A DNA stretch of 64,000 nt, from IMG/VR virus record IMGVR_UViG_3300028393_000060, positions 4,108 to 68,107 of that record, one strand, 5' to 3'. This document shows, in pieces, positions 29,375 through 39,710 of this stretch (within the stretch, counting starts at the first letter, position 1; each line of letters starts with the position of its first letter). A program made the translations under genes and the position numbers. Origin of the DNA: a virus. The notes below the pieces were generated by a model. The model ran no database searches. It was not told the DNA's origin and saw only the letters and a program-made list of their open reading frames with translations.

Positions 29375-29989
29375 TTATGGTTCCTGAACCGTAGTATTGC
29401 GATCTATACGACGAGAGTTATCTTCTTTTTTGAGCGCTGCGATTGCGTCGGTATAGTATTGTTTCCAAACAGGCAGCTTGTCTAAGGCTTTTAAATAGCC
29501 TTGAGCTTGTAACAAAGCTCCATATAACATGGCTTGTGGCGCTATTGCCGTCCATAGATTTTGTTGATTGACTTGATCCAAAGGCTGAATCTCAGCGTAA
29601 TAAATAATTTCTACCGGATAGTTTTGATCTGCAGCTGGTGCAAAATTCCAGTTGCTATAATCATATTCAGCATAATAAATTGGTTTACCATTATCCGATT
29701 CAGATAAATACTGAGCCACATAGTCTTGACTGCGAAGTAATACCGGTGAGCCATTTACTTTCATGGATACCGTTTTACGCCAACGTGCTGGTTTGTTAAG
29801 TACTGTTTGGTTTTCTGCTAAGCTGGTTTCTACAACAATCAACTGCATGTAAGTCTTGAGTTCAGCAGCAATAGAAGATTCAGCCAACGCAATTAAGTTG
29901 GGAATCTGCGCAATGAAGTCTGCGTCATTACGCTCCATATATTGCTGGACGTTCAGTACCAGCGAATCATAGGTCATTATTACGCTCAT
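29375..29989 (-). CDS. tail tubular / adaptor protein
   Basis: MTYDSL..YMER..IALAE..APQAMLYGALLQA. Confidence 0.7.
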   Translation of the reverse strand: MSVIMTYDSLVLNVQQYMERNDADFIAQIPNLIALAESSIAAELKTYMQLIVVETSLAENQTVLNKPARWRKTVSMKVNGSPVLLRSQDYVAQYLSESDNGKPIYYAEYDYSNWNFAPAADQNYPVEIIYYAEIQPLDQVNQQNLWTAIAPQAMLYGALLQAQGYLKALDKLPVWKQYYTDAIAALKKEDNSRRIDRNTTVQEP

Positions 29990-31065
29990 CGTGTGTAGTA
30001 ACTTATATTAGGTTGGAAGTAGATTGGTGACTTATCACGATCTTCGTCTTCAAATTGGGTACGAGCATCCAAGGCCAGTTTTTCCAAATAGGCCACTCGG
30101 TTTAAATCAATCTGGGGCAACTGCATTGCTAATTTGTGTGATAGGGCAGCTTGGAAGTAAGGAATGGCACGATCTGGCATGTACAGCTCGTTGGTTAACG
30201 AACCAACATCTTGGGGTTGCAATTCCAAAATCAGTGAGAATACTTGGAAGTTGTTGTTAGGCACAGGCCATAAATACATCTCTGGCACAATCTGGCGATC
30301 AAACCAGTATTGTAGTGTGCGTTGACTTGGGAATTGCTTGTTTGGCAACGAGAAATAATCAGTACGATTAAGACGTGCCATAGGAATGACTTGCTGGCTT
30401 TGAGCAAACTGGATAGAACGCAGTGAAAAAACGTTTGCTGTGTCGCGGTTTTTTAGTCTGTAGTAGTAAAACTGTTGTGTTACGTTGATACCAAAGTAAG
30501 CCCAGTTACGGTCGGACAGTGTGGTCTCAGGTAATGATTCCCATACAGTCCAGTTAATACCATCGTTACTTACTTCAAGGTCCAGATTATAGGTAGCAGT
30601 ACCAGAAGGAGCATAGGCGTTAAAGCCAACATAGAATATACGAGTCTGTGGGCTGTAGGCTGCACCAAAATAGTTTTCAGATAAAGTTGATGTGGCATGG
30701 AGGTTTAAATCACTGTTGTAGTTTTGATCAAACAGCACAGGAGAATCTGGATTGTCTATTGGCAGCGCACTAGAAATAGTTGGGTTAACAATGTATACCC
30801 AGTTTGCTTCTAAGACATCCACACAGTTTTTTGGCATGTAAAGAATTTGCTGGTTGGTCTGTGGACCAAGCACTTCAATCTTTTGTAGCCAGATATTAAT
30901 GCCACGGTTAGCGCTGTTTTGAAGGATGTAGAATAGCGCTTGACGGCCTGCGTTGATATACTCAGGCGTCATCTCTTCCGCTGTTTTACCAGCATCACGA
31001 TAGGCGTACGAGATCAGCTGGTCAACAGTGATCTTAGTCTTGTTGTACGTATCTGAATACGCCAT
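29986..31065 (-). CDS. head-tail adaptor with inserted discoidin-like domain
   Basis: NRGINIW and LWPVP adaptor motifs; internal LEVSNDGINW..YYYRL. Confidence 0.65.
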   Translation of the reverse strand: MAYSDTYNKTKITVDQLISYAYRDAGKTAEEMTPEYINAGRQALFYILQNSANRGINIWLQKIEVLGPQTNQQILYMPKNCVDVLEANWVYIVNPTISSALPIDNPDSPVLFDQNYNSDLNLHATSTLSENYFGAAYSPQTRIFYVGFNAYAPSGTATYNLDLEVSNDGINWTVWESLPETTLSDRNWAYFGINVTQQFYYYRLKNRDTANVFSLRSIQFAQSQQVIPMARLNRTDYFSLPNKQFPSQRTLQYWFDRQIVPEMYLWPVPNNNFQVFSLILELQPQDVGSLTNELYMPDRAIPYFQAALSHKLAMQLPQIDLNRVAYLEKLALDARTQFEDEDRDKSPIYFQPNISYYTR

Positions 31066-31232
31066 TAACGACCCCTGCCAGCGGCTCTCTTAGCTACAGT
31101 TTTAGGTAGATTAGGTTGTGCTTTGCCGGCTTTAATAAACTCTTTGCCAACCTTTTTAGGGATGCCAAGAGTAGACTTACCAGCTGCCGCAGCATACATC
31201 GCTTTTTGCTGTTGTTCGGATTTGATTGGCAT
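31065..31232 (-). CDS. small basic protein (55 aa), not in ORF track
   Basis: [55 protein letters not shown]; TAATG coupling on both sides. Confidence 0.75.
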   Translation of the reverse strand: MPIKSEQQQKAMYAAAAGKSTLGIPKKVGKEFIKAGKAQPNLPKTVAKRAAGRGR

Positions 31233-31957
31233 TATGAGCAAGTCCCACCAGTCATCATCTTTTTAGCTTTACCGCCAGTGCGCATGTAACCCATTTTGTT
31301 ACGCACGTTAGTTGGCAACTTAGCTAGACCAGGGTTATCTTCAGAATCAACTGCTTTTAAAGAACCGCCTTCGCTATAACAAGCTTTGCCGCCTTTTTTG
31401 TAAGCATTTCCAAGGGCGTCCATGCGACCTTCTCCCATGCCCTTTTTGGCTGCATCACCATGTGAACCAAAAGCTTCATAGTCAGCAGCGGCTTCTTTTT
31501 TCTTTGCCGCAGCTCTATTTTGATCATAGAATTTTTGTTGAGATACTGTAGCACCTGGCTGTGTTGTTGAGCCGCCAGTTGCGTATTTACTTACAGATTT
31601 GCCACCGCATAACATTGCAGGCTTTTGGCGTTTAGTATTAGCAATGTCGGTAATGTCTTTATCCGTCTTTTTAGCTGCATAAGCATTTTCTACTTTGCCG
31701 CCGGTTTTGTATTTGCGTACAGTGCCGCAATCTTTTTTAGCACGGCCGCCCTTACGCAGTTTAGACAGGTCAGTCTTTTCGCCAGGATGCTCTTGTTTGT
31801 CATGCATGGCAAACGCTTTTTTGACAATCTTCTTGTCCTGGGCCAAATCCTCACTCATTTCGCTTTTTTCAGAATGGCGTGACTTATAAACAGCACCGCC
31901 TTTTTTATAGCAAGGTAAGTTTTTTACCATCTTTAAGTTTGTTTTAAAGCCTTCCAT
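31232..31957 (-). CDS. basic protein with nine phi-x-x-GG motifs
   Basis: YKKGG, LRKGG, YKTGG, MLCGG, YATGG, YKKGG, YSEGG, MRTGG, MMTGG. Confidence 0.75.
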   Translation of the reverse strand: MEGFKTNLKMVKNLPCYKKGGAVYKSRHSEKSEMSEDLAQDKKIVKKAFAMHDKQEHPGEKTDLSKLRKGGRAKKDCGTVRKYKTGGKVENAYAAKKTDKDITDIANTKRQKPAMLCGGKSVSKYATGGSTTQPGATVSQQKFYDQNRAAAKKKEAAADYEAFGSHGDAAKKGMGEGRMDALGNAYKKGGKACYSEGGSLKAVDSEDNPGLAKLPTNVRNKMGYMRTGGKAKKMMTGGTCS

Positions 31958-31984
31958 GATATTCCTTTAAGGTTGTCCTGTATA

Positions 31985-32015
31985 TACTAATGCAAAAAAA
32001 GGGCGATTTACGCCC
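31985..32015 (-). promoter_or_regulatory. phage bipartite promoter overlapping a terminator-like hairpin
   Basis: GGGCGT-AAATCGCCCTTTT-TTTGCATTAGTA-TATAC-AG; GGGCG/CGCCC stem plus U-tract. Confidence 0.8.
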
Positions 32016-32526
32016 CTAAAAATAGTGCTCTTTCCCGTTTTCTGCGGTTAATCAGCACTTCCGGTTTGTTCCACATTAGGATGGCATCAGCCGCCCCTTT
32101 GAGGTCATTCTCGTTCACCTTACGCAATACGGTAGACTTACGGAAATTAGTTTCGCCAATATTAAAGCACAGGCTGTACAAGGCATCGTATTGGTTCTGG
32201 GTAAGGGGTACCTTCACGTGGTTGTCAACAGCGTCTTGGCACCACTTTAAATCGCTTTGTAGGAGCTCTTCTACCTGCTCGTCTGTTAGGGTGGCAGTCA
32301 GGAGGTGCTTTTCATCTGGTTTAATCAAATGACCCACCCCAATCGTCCATAATCCCTTAGAGTCCCTATACGCCTTATTGCGCAGACCTTCTTCTTTGGT
32401 AATAAACGATAGTGTGGATTTTGCTATTGCCATAACGTTTTCTTCAATTTGGGTGTACTTGTCGGTAAAGTGGATTGCTGCCGCAATGCCCAACAACCAC
32501 ATTGATACTGCTATAAATCTTTTCAT
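32008..32526 (-). CDS. endolysin, GH24 lysozyme with N-terminal hydrophobic (SAR-like) segment
   Basis: EEGLRNKAYRDSKGLWTIGVGH E-D-T triad; QNQYDAL.S..FNIG. Confidence 0.9.
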   Translation of the reverse strand: MKRFIAVSMWLLGIAAAIHFTDKYTQIEENVMAIAKSTLSFITKEEGLRNKAYRDSKGLWTIGVGHLIKPDEKHLLTATLTDEQVEELLQSDLKWCQDAVDNHVKVPLTQNQYDALYSLCFNIGETNFRKSTVLRKVNENDLKGAADAILMWNKPEVLINRRKRERALFLGA

Positions 32527-32568
32527 TTTCGCTCCTTACTCTACGCTATGATAGCGCAAATTGGGGTG

Positions 32569-32955
32569 TTACTTGTTCATTATCTTTTCTAGTGTCCTGC
32601 CACCAAAGTAGAAGGACATAATCAGCATACCCCACTGGCCGAGTAGCTGAACGTATTCTGAATTGACTTCAATCTTGGCAGCCGATAAGCTGGCAAAGAT
32701 AAAATAGCCAGTCAGAATGGCAATCAGCGTCATAGGGCGGATGTTTTTAGCCAGCCAAGAGTCGCTTGTTGTATCAGCTTGTAGCCGTTTGGTAAGCTCT
32801 TGGGCTTCCGTAATGTCAGCTTGGATGTCTGCCAGCTTGCCTTCTTGAGCCAGTTTGGCAAGCTCTAACTGGGCTTGTGCCTTTTGGGCAGGGTCGGGGA
32901 TCACCTTGTCGATGATCTTCAGACCAGCGCTAACGATGTCGTCAATACCAAACAT
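32569..32955 (-). CDS. holin (GTA 3-TM type)
   Basis: IIDKVIPDP..SDSWLAKNIRP..FYFGGR. Confidence 0.8.
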   Translation of the reverse strand: MFGIDDIVSAGLKIIDKVIPDPAQKAQAQLELAKLAQEGKLADIQADITEAQELTKRLQADTTSDSWLAKNIRPMTLIAILTGYFIFASLSAAKIEVNSEYVQLLGQWGMLIMSFYFGGRTLEKIMNK

Positions 32956-33125
32956 TAGTGTATCTTCGTTACAATGGCAATCAGGGTAACCATAATAAAA
33001 CCTGCAGAGCCAATCAGAATTTGCTCTAGACGTTTTAGTCTGGCGCAGATGGCCTCATAGCGTACTTCACAGATTTGTTCGTGGGCAGATAGGGCTGCCT
33101 CGTTCTTATCAATCAGTTCAGACAT
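32955..33125 (-). CDS. small coiled-coil + TM protein (XhlA-like), not in ORF track
   Basis: MSELIDKNEAALSAHEQICEVRYEAICARLKRLEQILIGSAGFIMVTLIAIVTKIH. Confidence 0.7.
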   Translation of the reverse strand: MSELIDKNEAALSAHEQICEVRYEAICARLKRLEQILIGSAGFIMVTLIAIVTKIH

Positions 33126-33493
33126 TAGATTGCGATTTCCGTCCAGTTAAGAGTTGCCTCATCCCACTGATACTGCTTACCGTCTTGTGGGTAAGGAGTA
33201 GGTGCAGTCCATGTCCAATCAGGCGCAGAGATAGTCCAGCTTGGGAATGGCTGTGGTGCGTAGAATACGTCGTTCTGTGCATCGTACGTGTAGCCAATAC
33301 CAGCGTAGTTACCACGCAGGGCGGTGCCGCCGTTAGGCTGACCATCTTGGCCATAGTGTTTGCCACCACGGGTGTTGTATGAGGTCTGGATCCACTGACC
33401 CGGCGAGGAGTCTACGAAGTGGTTGAAAAAATCGGCCTCGGCAACAATCACTTGTTCTACCTTACCGTTGTTAACTTTTGCATAATGGGACAT
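33125..33493 (-). CDS. fibre-associated small protein (possible assembly chaperone)
   Basis: MSHYAKV..WIQTSYN..RGNYAGIGYTYD..PQPFPSW..YQWDE; follows Gly-rich fibre genes. Confidence 0.7.
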   Translation of the reverse strand: MSHYAKVNNGKVEQVIVAEADFFNHFVDSSPGQWIQTSYNTRGGKHYGQDGQPNGGTALRGNYAGIGYTYDAQNDVFYAPQPFPSWTISAPDWTWTAPTPYPQDGKQYQWDEATLNWTEIAI

Positions 33494-33523
33494 AGTTTGT
33501 GTTTCCTGTTTGTTAAATTGGGG

Positions 33524-33532
33524 ATTATAGCA
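33524..33532 (-). promoter_or_regulatory. sigma-70-type extended -10 (TGcTATAAT)
   Basis: upstream of the chaperone and lysis genes. Confidence 0.5.
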
Positions 33533-34564
33533 TTAACGTGCGTTGGCGTATTTGAATGGGTTTTCGGCAAATGCGGCGTAGATGTAGGTTGCTGAAACGT
33601 TCCAATCTCCGATCGCACTTCTTAGTTTAAAACCATTGGATAGAATGTCGCAAACATTATAGCCGGTTGATTCAGCTGCACTGGTATTTGGGTTTAATCT
33701 ATCAACACAAGTGTTGTAAGTGTCTCTTGATGTGTCAATAATTGTCCAATCAGAAAGACCTCCAGATGATAATTTAAATAAAATAAACTTAGGTCTAAAC
33801 CCAGTGTAGATAAACGGTCCATCAGCAGAGTTGTTGCCTGTGTAGCTACCAAACTGCGAGAAGCCAGCGACAGGTGCCCAGCAGTATGCAACCATGTTTT
33901 GAGTTGCTGTCCAAGCAGTACCCATACTAAACACACTAGAAGTTGGAGATGTGTTGTTCCAAATTGTTGAGCTTGATGCAGATGCAGCCGTTGAATTAAG
34001 TTCTAAATAATTTCCAGCACCAATAGATGAATGATAAACAGCCCAGCTCGTATATCCGCTTGATTGCCTTGTTTTTACAACATAAAAACTAGGAGCAATA
34101 CCCAGACCATGACCTATTGTTTGACTTGTTGTAGCTGTTTTTGTAAATGTGACTATGCTAAATCCAGCGGTTTGATTAACGCTTACTGTAGATGTTAAAG
34201 AACCAGCTGTATTAGTAGTGTTTGTGCCTTGTCCCGCTTGCCATTGCCACGCAACTAATGTGACTCCATTTGTAAAATTACCAGTTCCAATGCTAAAACC
34301 GTCGGAATTAAATGAGGTTAAGTATGTCGGTTTATTTACCTCCGCGGCAGTAGTGTTTGATACCAAATAATTTGCTACACCTCTAACTGAATCATTCAAA
34401 ATGTTGTCGTCAGCAACACTTCGTGATTTGACCCACAATAAATCAGGTTTAAATCCAGTTGTGCCGTTATCATTGTTGGTAATAGTTTGAGTTGTTCCCG
34501 TGCTGGTAAACAGCGTTGCATCCATTACCGTCCGACCGTTCGGAATTGCGTATGTTGTTGCCAT
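33533..34564 (-). CDS. tail fibre tip / receptor-binding domain protein
   Basis: GFKPDLLWVKSR, GFSIV, HGLG, FGSYTGN, TGFRPKFIL, YIYAAFAENPF. Confidence 0.75.
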   Translation of the reverse strand: MATTYAIPNGRTVMDATLFTSTGTTQTITNNDNGTTGFKPDLLWVKSRSVADDNILNDSVRGVANYLVSNTTAAEVNKPTYLTSFNSDGFSIGTGNFTNGVTLVAWQWQAGQGTNTTNTAGSLTSTVSVNQTAGFSIVTFTKTATTSQTIGHGLGIAPSFYVVKTRQSSGYTSWAVYHSSIGAGNYLELNSTAASASSSTIWNNTSPTSSVFSMGTAWTATQNMVAYCWAPVAGFSQFGSYTGNNSADGPFIYTGFRPKFILFKLSSGGLSDWTIIDTSRDTYNTCVDRLNPNTSAAESTGYNVCDILSNGFKLRSAIGDWNVSATYIYAAFAENPFKYANAR

Positions 34565-34574
34565 GATGTATTCC

Positions 34575-37103
34575 TTACATGTTGTAGGTGTTAAGGGCTA
34601 GGAAGCCGGATGGTGCGGTATAGGCAAATGGTTGCTGACCGAAGTTTGCATTCCATATTGTTGAAGTGCCACTACAATATGCTTGAGCGACAATATCACC
34701 TAATACTAACGGAGCAGATGAGAAGTTTGCTGTTCCTTGACTTGCGTTGTTTTTATAGAATGTAACAGTTTGACCATCACAGCTTACAGCCATACCAAGC
34801 ACATCACCCGTTGTGTATGATGCGCCAGTTACTACAGTAGAACCACCAGCGGTAATATTTCCATTGTTAACATACTCAATAGTCTTGCTTCTTGATGAAT
34901 TCATTAAACCAATGGTCATTGAACCGCCAGAAGTTACTGTAAATTCACTGTAAAACTTACCTGTCAATGGGTAGTACATTGTTGTTGCTGAAACACCACC
35001 GCTACTTGTTGCTGATGTTGTCAAGTTGCCGTTACTAAACGTCGGAACACCATAGTATGTTGTTGCTAATGGATTCCAAGTAGGATAGTTCGCTGCCGTT
35101 GTGCTGGTCAGCGTTGGGCTGTCGGTCATGGCATCATACGTACTACCAGCGGTTAGGCTGATATTATTACATGTCCAGTTGTTCGAGTTGCCTGATGTGT
35201 CATAGCCCAGTGTGGTTGTAGACGTGGTGTTGCTAAACGGCAAGTAGAAGCCGTTTGTGCCATACGTTCCACCGTAGCTAATTGGCTGCCAGACACCGTA
35301 CAAGTTAAAGCTACCGAAGCTGTTAGGCGTTAGAGCTTGGCCGTCGATGAACTGAACGTTGGCCATTTCGCCGTCGAAGTAATTATTTGATGCGCCGTAC
35401 TGCTCTCTACCTAGCCAAATTGGATTTGTAGAAGCAAATTTCCAAGCACCAGTAACAGATGTGCTACTAGAAAACGCGGTTACTTGAACACCGTTTATAT
35501 ATAACTTTGGAACAGAAGATGCTGTAGAAGAAGCAACAATATGATACCAAGCAGCTGGATCACGGAATACAGCAGTTGTATTGATTCCTTGTTCACCACT
35601 AGTAGTTGTGTTATTTATAACACGAATTATATCATTAGAAAAGTCAATAACGCTGTAATTTGCTGTATCAATATAAGATGTAAACAAAGGATATGTACCA
35701 CTACCTAAAGACCCACGCTTAACCCATGCACTCCATGTCCAGGTTGATGTGTTTCCTGCCGTTGAGTTTGTACGATTCAAATAAGCACTAGCTGAACCAC
35801 GCAGTCTTACTGAGTTGCCAACATAGGTCAGTGGCGTTAAGTATCCGCTCGAGTTGAACGTGTGGATGATGTTGCCACCGCTGCTCGTAACCGAACCGCC
35901 CGCCATCTGCTGGACAGTGTCAGCGTAGGATACGATCACGGTACCAGATCCGCCTGCGCCTGATGGGTAACCACCACCGCCACCACCGCCACCAGTGTTT
36001 GCACTTCCTGCTGTTGCTAATGATGAAGTATTTATACCACCATTACCACCACCGCCTGCACCGCCTAAGCCAGCTGTGCCACCAGGGTTTACACCACCAC
36101 CGCCACCGCCAGCGTAGGTTACGCTAGAGCCAGATATTGATGATACTGTGCCAGCACCGCCATTACCAGCAGTTGTCCCACTAAAATTTCCACCAACAGC
36201 ACTAGAGCCACCTCCGCCACCACAAGCGTATAAGTTTGCTCCACCACCACCTGTAGGGCCATCACCACCTTTGTTTCCCTGACCGCTTGTGCCACTTGCA
36301 CCTGTTGATTGCCCTGTGCCATAACCACCGCCACCGCCTGAACCGCCAGAATATGGCCCAGTAGGGCCACCACCAGCACCTCCACCGCCGCCAACTGCGG
36401 CAGTACCATAGGCACTGAACGATGAGTTTGTTCCGTTGTTACCACCAGTGCTTGATGATGTTGAAGCACCACCAGCACCGACAGTTACAGTGTAGGTGGA
36501 TGTCTTATCAACAGATAAGCCAGAGCCAGATAGTAAACCACCTGCTCCACCACCGCCTTGAACAGAACCTCCCGATCCACCACCAGCAACAATCAGGTAG
36601 TTCACCGAGAAGGCGGAAGGCGGTGTGATTGCCTTATAACTCGAGTAGGACACCCAGCCCTGTGTAGCACCACTATAAACAAACGTAATGCCTTCGTTGT
36701 TCTGGTCAAGCTTAACGCTAGTTGTTGCGCCGTTCAGGTTGTTACCGTTGGGATTAACCACCACGTTGTTGGTAGCGAACGTGCCAGCGTAGTCTAACAA
36801 TCCAATCAGCTGACCAGAGGTTGGGCTCGCGGGCAGCGTTACTGTGATGGCTGCCGAGGTTGTGTCAATAGGGTACGCGTTACCAGCCGTAGCGGTGAAG
36901 TTGGCAGACTGGACAGATTGCCAAGTAATGCCACCAGACGAGCTAGTCAGGGGCACCACAGTGCCGCTAGAGTTTTTGTAGTACAAGATGCCGTCGGTGA
37001 TGTTGATCGCCAACTCGCCGTTTGTCAAGTTGCTAGAACTCGGTGTTGCCGCCGCAGTCGTGCTGTAGTACAACGAAATAGGTGTGTAGCCTGATTGTGC
37101 CAT
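34575..37103 (-). CDS. Gly-rich fibre protein with LamG/ConA and SPRY-like domains (paralog 3)
   Basis: MAQSGYTPISLYY..GELAINITDG; VAGGG..GGGG domain; WTWSAWVKR, RDPAAWYHIV; NFGQQPFAY. Confidence 0.8.
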   Translation of the reverse strand: MAQSGYTPISLYYSTTAAATPSSSNLTNGELAINITDGILYYKNSSGTVVPLTSSSGGITWQSVQSANFTATAGNAYPIDTTSAAITVTLPASPTSGQLIGLLDYAGTFATNNVVVNPNGNNLNGATTSVKLDQNNEGITFVYSGATQGWVSYSSYKAITPPSAFSVNYLIVAGGGSGGSVQGGGGAGGLLSGSGLSVDKTSTYTVTVGAGGASTSSSTGGNNGTNSSFSAYGTAAVGGGGGAGGGPTGPYSGGSGGGGGYGTGQSTGASGTSGQGNKGGDGPTGGGGANLYACGGGGGSSAVGGNFSGTTAGNGGAGTVSSISGSSVTYAGGGGGGVNPGGTAGLGGAGGGGNGGINTSSLATAGSANTGGGGGGGGYPSGAGGSGTVIVSYADTVQQMAGGSVTSSGGNIIHTFNSSGYLTPLTYVGNSVRLRGSASAYLNRTNSTAGNTSTWTWSAWVKRGSLGSGTYPLFTSYIDTANYSVIDFSNDIIRVINNTTTSGEQGINTTAVFRDPAAWYHIVASSTASSVPKLYINGVQVTAFSSSTSVTGAWKFASTNPIWLGREQYGASNNYFDGEMANVQFIDGQALTPNSFGSFNLYGVWQPISYGGTYGTNGFYLPFSNTTSTTTLGYDTSGNSNNWTCNNISLTAGSTYDAMTDSPTLTSTTAANYPTWNPLATTYYGVPTFSNGNLTTSATSSGGVSATTMYYPLTGKFYSEFTVTSGGSMTIGLMNSSRSKTIEYVNNGNITAGGSTVVTGASYTTGDVLGMAVSCDGQTVTFYKNNASQGTANFSSAPLVLGDIVAQAYCSGTSTIWNANFGQQPFAYTAPSGFLALNTYNM

Positions 37104-37121
37104 TGAAATATATTCCGTTAG

Positions 37122-38393
37122 TTAAGCAGTATAAGTGCCTGATGCTGTGAATTTGATAATTGTATTGCTGCCTGATGTTGTGATAGTTGGGCTGCCGGTT
37201 GTAGTATTAGAATAATTAGCAGTTGGTACGGATAGAATGACTACGCCTGAACCGCCTGAACCAGGTGAGGCACCTGTACCTCCGCCGCCACCGCCAGAAC
37301 CTGTATTAGCAGAAGCACTACCACCGCTACCACCAGGACCGCCACCATTACCGCCACCCGCTTGACCGCTACCACCAGAACCATCTCCACCACCACCGCC
37401 ACCGCCAGCGTAAGTTACTGACGAGCCGGTAATTGATGAAGCGCCGCCAGCGCCGCCAGCACCACCATTATTTCCACTACCACCTGAGCCTACAGCACCT
37501 TTACCTCCGCCACCACCACCAGATGGGTAAGATGATGGGCCATTATAACCACCAACACCACCATTGTTGCCTTGGCCGGATGTTCCACTACCACCAGCCA
37601 CTGGACCGTTTCCTCCACCACCACCTGATCCTCCAGCGGAGCCAGGGGTTTGCGCATTTCCATAACCTGCACCGCCTTGACCACCACCAACTGTAGTTAT
37701 TGAAGTTAATCCTGAACCAGTTAAAGATGATGCAGAACCAGCAGAATTTCCACCGCCGCCAGCACCTACTGTGGTTGTGTAAGTAACACCTGGAGTAAAT
37801 GTTGCTGTGCCGGTAAGCATACCGCCAGCTCCACCACCACCACCAATTTCTCCACCACCGCCAGCTCCACCAGCTACAACTAAATAGCTTGCTGAGTAAG
37901 TTGTTGCAGCTGGGATACTAGCGTTAAAGCCGTCATAAATTAACCAGCCTTGAGTAGAATCCACATAGAAAATAGCCACTGCTTCACGGTTAGTAGTCAG
38001 TTTAACACTGGATGTTGATCCTAAAAACTTATTGCTGTTAGGATTAATAATTAAGTTGTTTGTAGCAAACGTGCCAGCATAGTCAACGAGCGCAATGAAT
38101 TGGCCTGCAGTTGGAGATGCAGGCAGCGTTACTGTGATGGCTGCGGAAGTCGTGTTGACATAGTAGCCATTACCAGCAGACGCTGTGAAGTTGGCAGACT
38201 GAACTGCCTGCCAAGAAAGCGAGCCACCCGAGCTAGACAGTGGGGTAACTACGTTGCTAGGGTTCTTGTAAAACAAAATACCATCAGCTGTGTTGATTGC
38301 CAACTCGCCAGCAACCATGTTGCCAGCTGTTGGTGATGTACCAGTGCTAGAACTGTAATACAACGAAATGGGTGTGTAACCGCTTTGTGCCAT
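37122..38393 (-). CDS. Gly-rich fibre protein (paralog 2)
   Basis: same N-terminal modules; YLVVAGG..GGSGVVI. Confidence 0.8.
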   Translation of the reverse strand: MAQSGYTPISLYYSSSTGTSPTAGNMVAGELAINTADGILFYKNPSNVVTPLSSSGGSLSWQAVQSANFTASAGNGYYVNTTSAAITVTLPASPTAGQFIALVDYAGTFATNNLIINPNSNKFLGSTSSVKLTTNREAVAIFYVDSTQGWLIYDGFNASIPAATTYSASYLVVAGGAGGGGEIGGGGGAGGMLTGTATFTPGVTYTTTVGAGGGGNSAGSASSLTGSGLTSITTVGGGQGGAGYGNAQTPGSAGGSGGGGGNGPVAGGSGTSGQGNNGGVGGYNGPSSYPSGGGGGGKGAVGSGGSGNNGGAGGAGGASSITGSSVTYAGGGGGGGDGSGGSGQAGGGNGGGPGGSGGSASANTGSGGGGGGTGASPGSGGSGVVILSVPTANYSNTTTGSPTITTSGSNTIIKFTASGTYTA

Positions 38394-38411
38394 ATAAGTA
38401 TATTCCGTTAA

Positions 38412-39707
38412 TTAAGCAGTATAGGAGCCAGATGCTGTGAATTTGATGATCGTGTTCGATCCGCTTGTGGTCACGGTAGGTGATCCAGTTGTAGTGCCTG
38501 AGTAGTTGGCTGTTGGTACAGATATAATGACTACGCCTGATCCGCCAGCGCCAGTGGTAGAATTATCTGCACCACCGCCACCACCACCTGTGTTAGTAGT
38601 TCCATTTGAACCAGAAGAAGCACCTGCTGCACCACCTGCGCCACCACCACCAGAACCTCCACTACCACCAGGACCGCCTCCACCAGTTCTATTTGGATCA
38701 TAGCCACCAGCACCACCACCGCCACCAGCATATGTTACAGATGATCCAGTGATGGAGGATGCAGTTCCTGCGCCACCATTACCACCTGCACCACTTGTCC
38801 CATCAGAACCAACAGCACTAGCACCACCTCCGCCGCCACCACCAAAAGTAGGACCTGCATTACTAGAACCCGTGCCACCATTATTTCCTTGACCAACTGT
38901 GCCAGTGCCACCAGGATCAATGTTACCAGAACCGCCGCCACCTGATCCACCACTACCACCAGAACTAAATCCACCATATCCGCCACCTAATGCGGTTGTT
39001 TGACCAGTTAAAGATGAATTGTTACCGGGGTTTCCTGTAGTTCCTGCGTTTACAGAAGCTCCGCCTCCACCGACAGTTACAGTATAAACCGACCCTGGGG
39101 TTAAAGATGCTGTTCCGGTTAACAAACCGCCAGCGCCACCGCCACCGCCACCACGATTAACCCTAGATCCACCACTAGCACCACCAGCAACAATTAAGTA
39201 ACTTGCTGTGTAGGTTGCGGGTGCTGGGTTGCTGCCCAAGAAACCAGCGTAAGGCAACCAGCCTTTGGTAGAGTCAACATAGACAAACAACAAAGATTCT
39301 CTATTAGTCGTTACAATCACGTTACCAGTAGCACCCAATATCTTGCTACCATTTGGATTAATTGTTAAATTATATGTAGCAAAAGTACCAGCATAATCCA
39401 CAAACCCAACAGCCTGACCAGCGGTTGGGGAAGCTGGTAGAGTAGCCGTAACGCCAGCAGATGTGGTGTTAACTGGATAGCCCTTACCAGCACTTGCTGC
39501 GAAGTTAGAAGCTTGTACAGACTGCCAAGAGACAGCAGCAGAACCAAAAGACAGAGGCACCACTGTGCCGCCTGTGTTTTTGTAGTAGATCACCCCGTCG
39601 GCGGTATTGATCGCAATTTCGCCGTTTACTAAGTTACCAGCAGTAGGTTGAGCCGCTGCAGTGGTACTGTAGTAAAACGAAATCGGTGTGTATCCGGATT
39701 GTGCCAT
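38412..39707 (-). CDS. Gly-rich fibre protein (paralog 1)
   Basis: same architecture; ends TIIKFTASGSYTA. Confidence 0.8.
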   Translation of the reverse strand: MAQSGYTPISFYYSTTAAAQPTAGNLVNGEIAINTADGVIYYKNTGGTVVPLSFGSAAVSWQSVQASNFAASAGKGYPVNTTSAGVTATLPASPTAGQAVGFVDYAGTFATYNLTINPNGSKILGATGNVIVTTNRESLLFVYVDSTKGWLPYAGFLGSNPAPATYTASYLIVAGGASGGSRVNRGGGGGGAGGLLTGTASLTPGSVYTVTVGGGGASVNAGTTGNPGNNSSLTGQTTALGGGYGGFSSGGSGGSGGGGSGNIDPGGTGTVGQGNNGGTGSSNAGPTFGGGGGGGASAVGSDGTSGAGGNGGAGTASSITGSSVTYAGGGGGAGGYDPNRTGGGGPGGSGGSGGGGAGGAAGASSGSNGTTNTGGGGGGADNSTTGAGGSGVVIISVPTANYSGTTTGSPTVTTSGSNTIIKFTASGSYTA

Positions 39708-39710
39708 GTT

